A stretch of 64,000 nt of DNA from an uncultured Chloroflexia bacterium (GTDB lineage Bacteria > Chloroflexota > Limnocylindria > Limnocylindrales > CSP1-4): positions 544,001 through 608,000 of the forward strand of contig CAVVJT010000010.1 in NCBI GenBank assembly GCA_963748625.1. The letters run 5' to 3'. Shown here piece after piece: positions 62,304 through 64,000 of this stretch. A program made the translations under genes and the position numbers. Position 1 is the first letter of the stretch. Every line of letters begins with the position of its first letter. Below the pieces are notes generated by a model. It worked only from the letters and a program-made list of their open reading frames with translations. It was not told the DNA's origin and searched no databases.

Positions 62304-63474
62304 GCGACTGGAGTTCGAGGTCATCCTGGAGCGCCGCCTGTGCGCACGCGCCGACCTCGCGAGGCGCCCCTTCGACGCGGTCGAGATCGCGCGTGGCGCC
62401 GTCGCGGCCGCACCGGCCCGCCGGCGGCTGGCTCTCCCGGTGTTCGACCGGCCGGCGTGGGGCATGGTCCTGCTGGGCGTGCTGCTCCTGCTGGCGCTGG
62501 GCGCACTCGCGGCCGGTGTGCTGCTGCGCCAGCGACCGGAGCCGCTGCTCGCGGTCGCTCGCCGCGACGGCGTCTACCTGGTCCACCAGGACGGCATCCC
62601 GGTCGTCCGCCTTGCGGACACCGGCACCTACCCCCGGTTCGCGTGGTCGGCAGACGGTCAGCTGCTGCTGATCCAGGATGTCTTCAGTGGTGGCAACGAG
62701 GTGAGGCTGTCCGCGTACGGGCTCGAAGGGACGCTCCTGTGGACGACATCCGAGGCCGCCACTGACTTCGTGGGCTGGTCGCATCACGGCCATCGGATCG
62801 CGTGGGTCTCCGGTCCCGGGCACTGGCTCAGGCTCACCGATGTGGACACCGGAACCACCGAGTTTGTGGAGAGCAAGGCGAGCGGCGTGTGGGGCGGGAC
62901 GTCGTGGTCGCCCGACGACGACTGGGTGCTGGTCTCCGGTGAGGACCTCTCGATCGTCCCCCTTGACGGCAGCAAGCTGCGGGCCACGAGCCTGGCGCCC
63001 GGCTACCAGGTGCAGTACGCGACCGTGTCGCCCGACGGTCGTCTGATCGCGGCAATGGAGGCCTGCATCCCGCCTGCCTGCACGCAGAACCGGGTCGACC
63101 TCGCGATCCGCGACGCGACGACGGGCGACGAGGTGCTGCGGCTGCCGGCTGCGGGCGGCTATCCAATCGCGTGGTCCCCCGACGGCCTCCGCGTGGGGTG
63201 GCGGGCGATCTCCCCGAATCCTGCGGCCGTGATGACGACGACGCCGACGTCCAGGGGCGCCACCGTCGCCGCAACCGGCACCGACGGCGTGCAGTTCTCC
63301 GGCTGGACGCCCGACGGGAGCATCCTCGCGATCGAGTTCGGCCCAGCTGGCGACTGCGACACCACGGGCTGTCCGTGGACTGGTGGCTCGCTGTGGCGCG
63401 TGGGCATCGACGGCCTGACCAAGGAGCTGCTGATGACCGACATCAGCGAGGCCGCCCTGCAGCCCGTGCCCTAG
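62296..63474 (+). CDS. Membrane-anchored TolB/WD40-like beta-propeller protein (putative anti-sigma factor)
   Basis: Short N-terminal domain, one TM (VLLGVLLLLALGALAAGVLL), repeated WSPDG-like motifs; overlaps the sigma gene. Confidence 0.7.
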   Translation: MTERLEFEVILERRLCARADLARRPFDAVEIARGAVAAAPARRRLALPVFDRPAWGMVLLGVLLLLALGALAAGVLLRQRPEPLLAVARRDGVYLVHQDGIPVVRLADTGTYPRFAWSADGQLLLIQDVFSGGNEVRLSAYGLEGTLLWTTSEAATDFVGWSHHGHRIAWVSGPGHWLRLTDVDTGTTEFVESKASGVWGGTSWSPDDDWVLVSGEDLSIVPLDGSKLRATSLAPGYQVQYATVSPDGRLIAAMEACIPPACTQNRVDLAIRDATTGDEVLRLPAAGGYPIAWSPDGLRVGWRAISPNPAAVMTTTPTSRGATVAATGTDGVQFSGWTPDGSILAIEFGPAGDCDTTGCPWTGGSLWRVGIDGLTKELLMTDISEAALQPVP

Positions 63475-63499
63475 GCCTGACAGTTGGGAGGTTCGGGTC

Positions 63500-64000
63500 A
63501 TGCTGGTCTGGAGCAGGCGTCCCGTGCTGCGTCCCGTGCTGGTCGCGGTGCTTGCGCTCTTCGTGGCAGGCTGCGCATCCGGGGCGGCGAGCCCGGCGCC
63601 ACCGGCCCCGGGCGGCGCGTCCGCATCTCCGGCACCGTCGGCCGTCCCGCCGGCGGCGACACCGGCGGCCACCGCCTCGTCGGCCGCCACATCGGGGCCG
63701 ACGACAGCGTCGCCGATCTCCCTCCCGGACCTTGCGATCCGGACGTTCTCCGTCCACTTCGCGTGGACCGCGCCGTTTGCCGTCGACAGGGACGGCCACC
63801 TCTACATACCCACGGGCACGGAGGGCGCCGCCCTCACGAAGCTTGCGCCCGACGGCCGGATCCTCGCGACGTGGGCGAGCCCCGAGACCGTGCCCGGCCA
63901 GCCCGACACCGTCGCCGGCGTGGCGATCGATCCGGCTGATGGCGACGTGTGGGTCTCGGATGCGACCTCGGACCAGGTCGTCCGCCTGACGTCCGACCTC
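63500..64000 (+). CDS. NHL-repeat lipoprotein (3' truncated by window; not in ORF track)
   Basis: MLVWSRRPVLRPVLVAVLALFVAGC lipobox, Pro/Ala linker, AVDRDGHLY and GVAIDPADGDVWVSD NHL-like repeats; GGGAGG RBS. Confidence 0.75.
   Translation, partial: MLVWSRRPVLRPVLVAVLALFVAGCASGAASPAPPAPGGASASPAPSAVPPAATPAATASSAATSGPTTASPISLPDLAIRTFSVHFAWTAPFAVDRDGHLYIPTGTEGAALTKLAPDGRILATWASPETVPGQPDTVAGVAIDPADGDVWVSDATSDQVVRLTSDL

Overview
Very GC-rich bacterial chromosome segment. Gene content and style suggest Chloroflexota, possibly Limnocylindria-like; this is an inference, not shown by the sequence. Blocks from left to right: (1) 1-9.4 kb, the 3' half of an Actinobacteria/Streptomyces-type contractile injection system (tube, LysM tube initiator, VgrG, PAAR, gp25, baseplate J, gpI-like). 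It has no tail-fibre gene and ends in a frameshifted CisA-like membrane adaptor with a long Glu/Pro repeat. (2) A frameshifted MalT-like ATPase-TPR-wHTH-BTAD regulator. (3) ppdK, ferredoxin-NADP reductase, GNAT, Kelch lipoprotein, NfnAB-like pair, MarR/MFS. (4) A LacI-controlled sugar ABC operon with fucI, fucU-like mutarotase, two FGGY kinases and two oxidoreductases, but no aldolase. (5) glyQS. (6) A glycerol/dihydroxyacetone block (glpF-dhaK-dhaL-glpK-dhaM-glpABC-panE-like-plsY, plus HPr). It is preceded by an unusual regulatory unit: a DhaL paralogue with a degenerate GRASY loop, translationally coupled to a soluble GAF-PAS histidine kinase and an OmpR-type regulator, facing an extra dhaM-dhaL pair. 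This is the best candidate for an undescribed system. (7) Dipeptidase, PPOX-class protein, recO, MBL/YrdB/TetR, ECF sigma module. Several long imperfect intergenic hairpins or repeats are present. No rRNA, tRNA, CRISPR or transposase was recognised.
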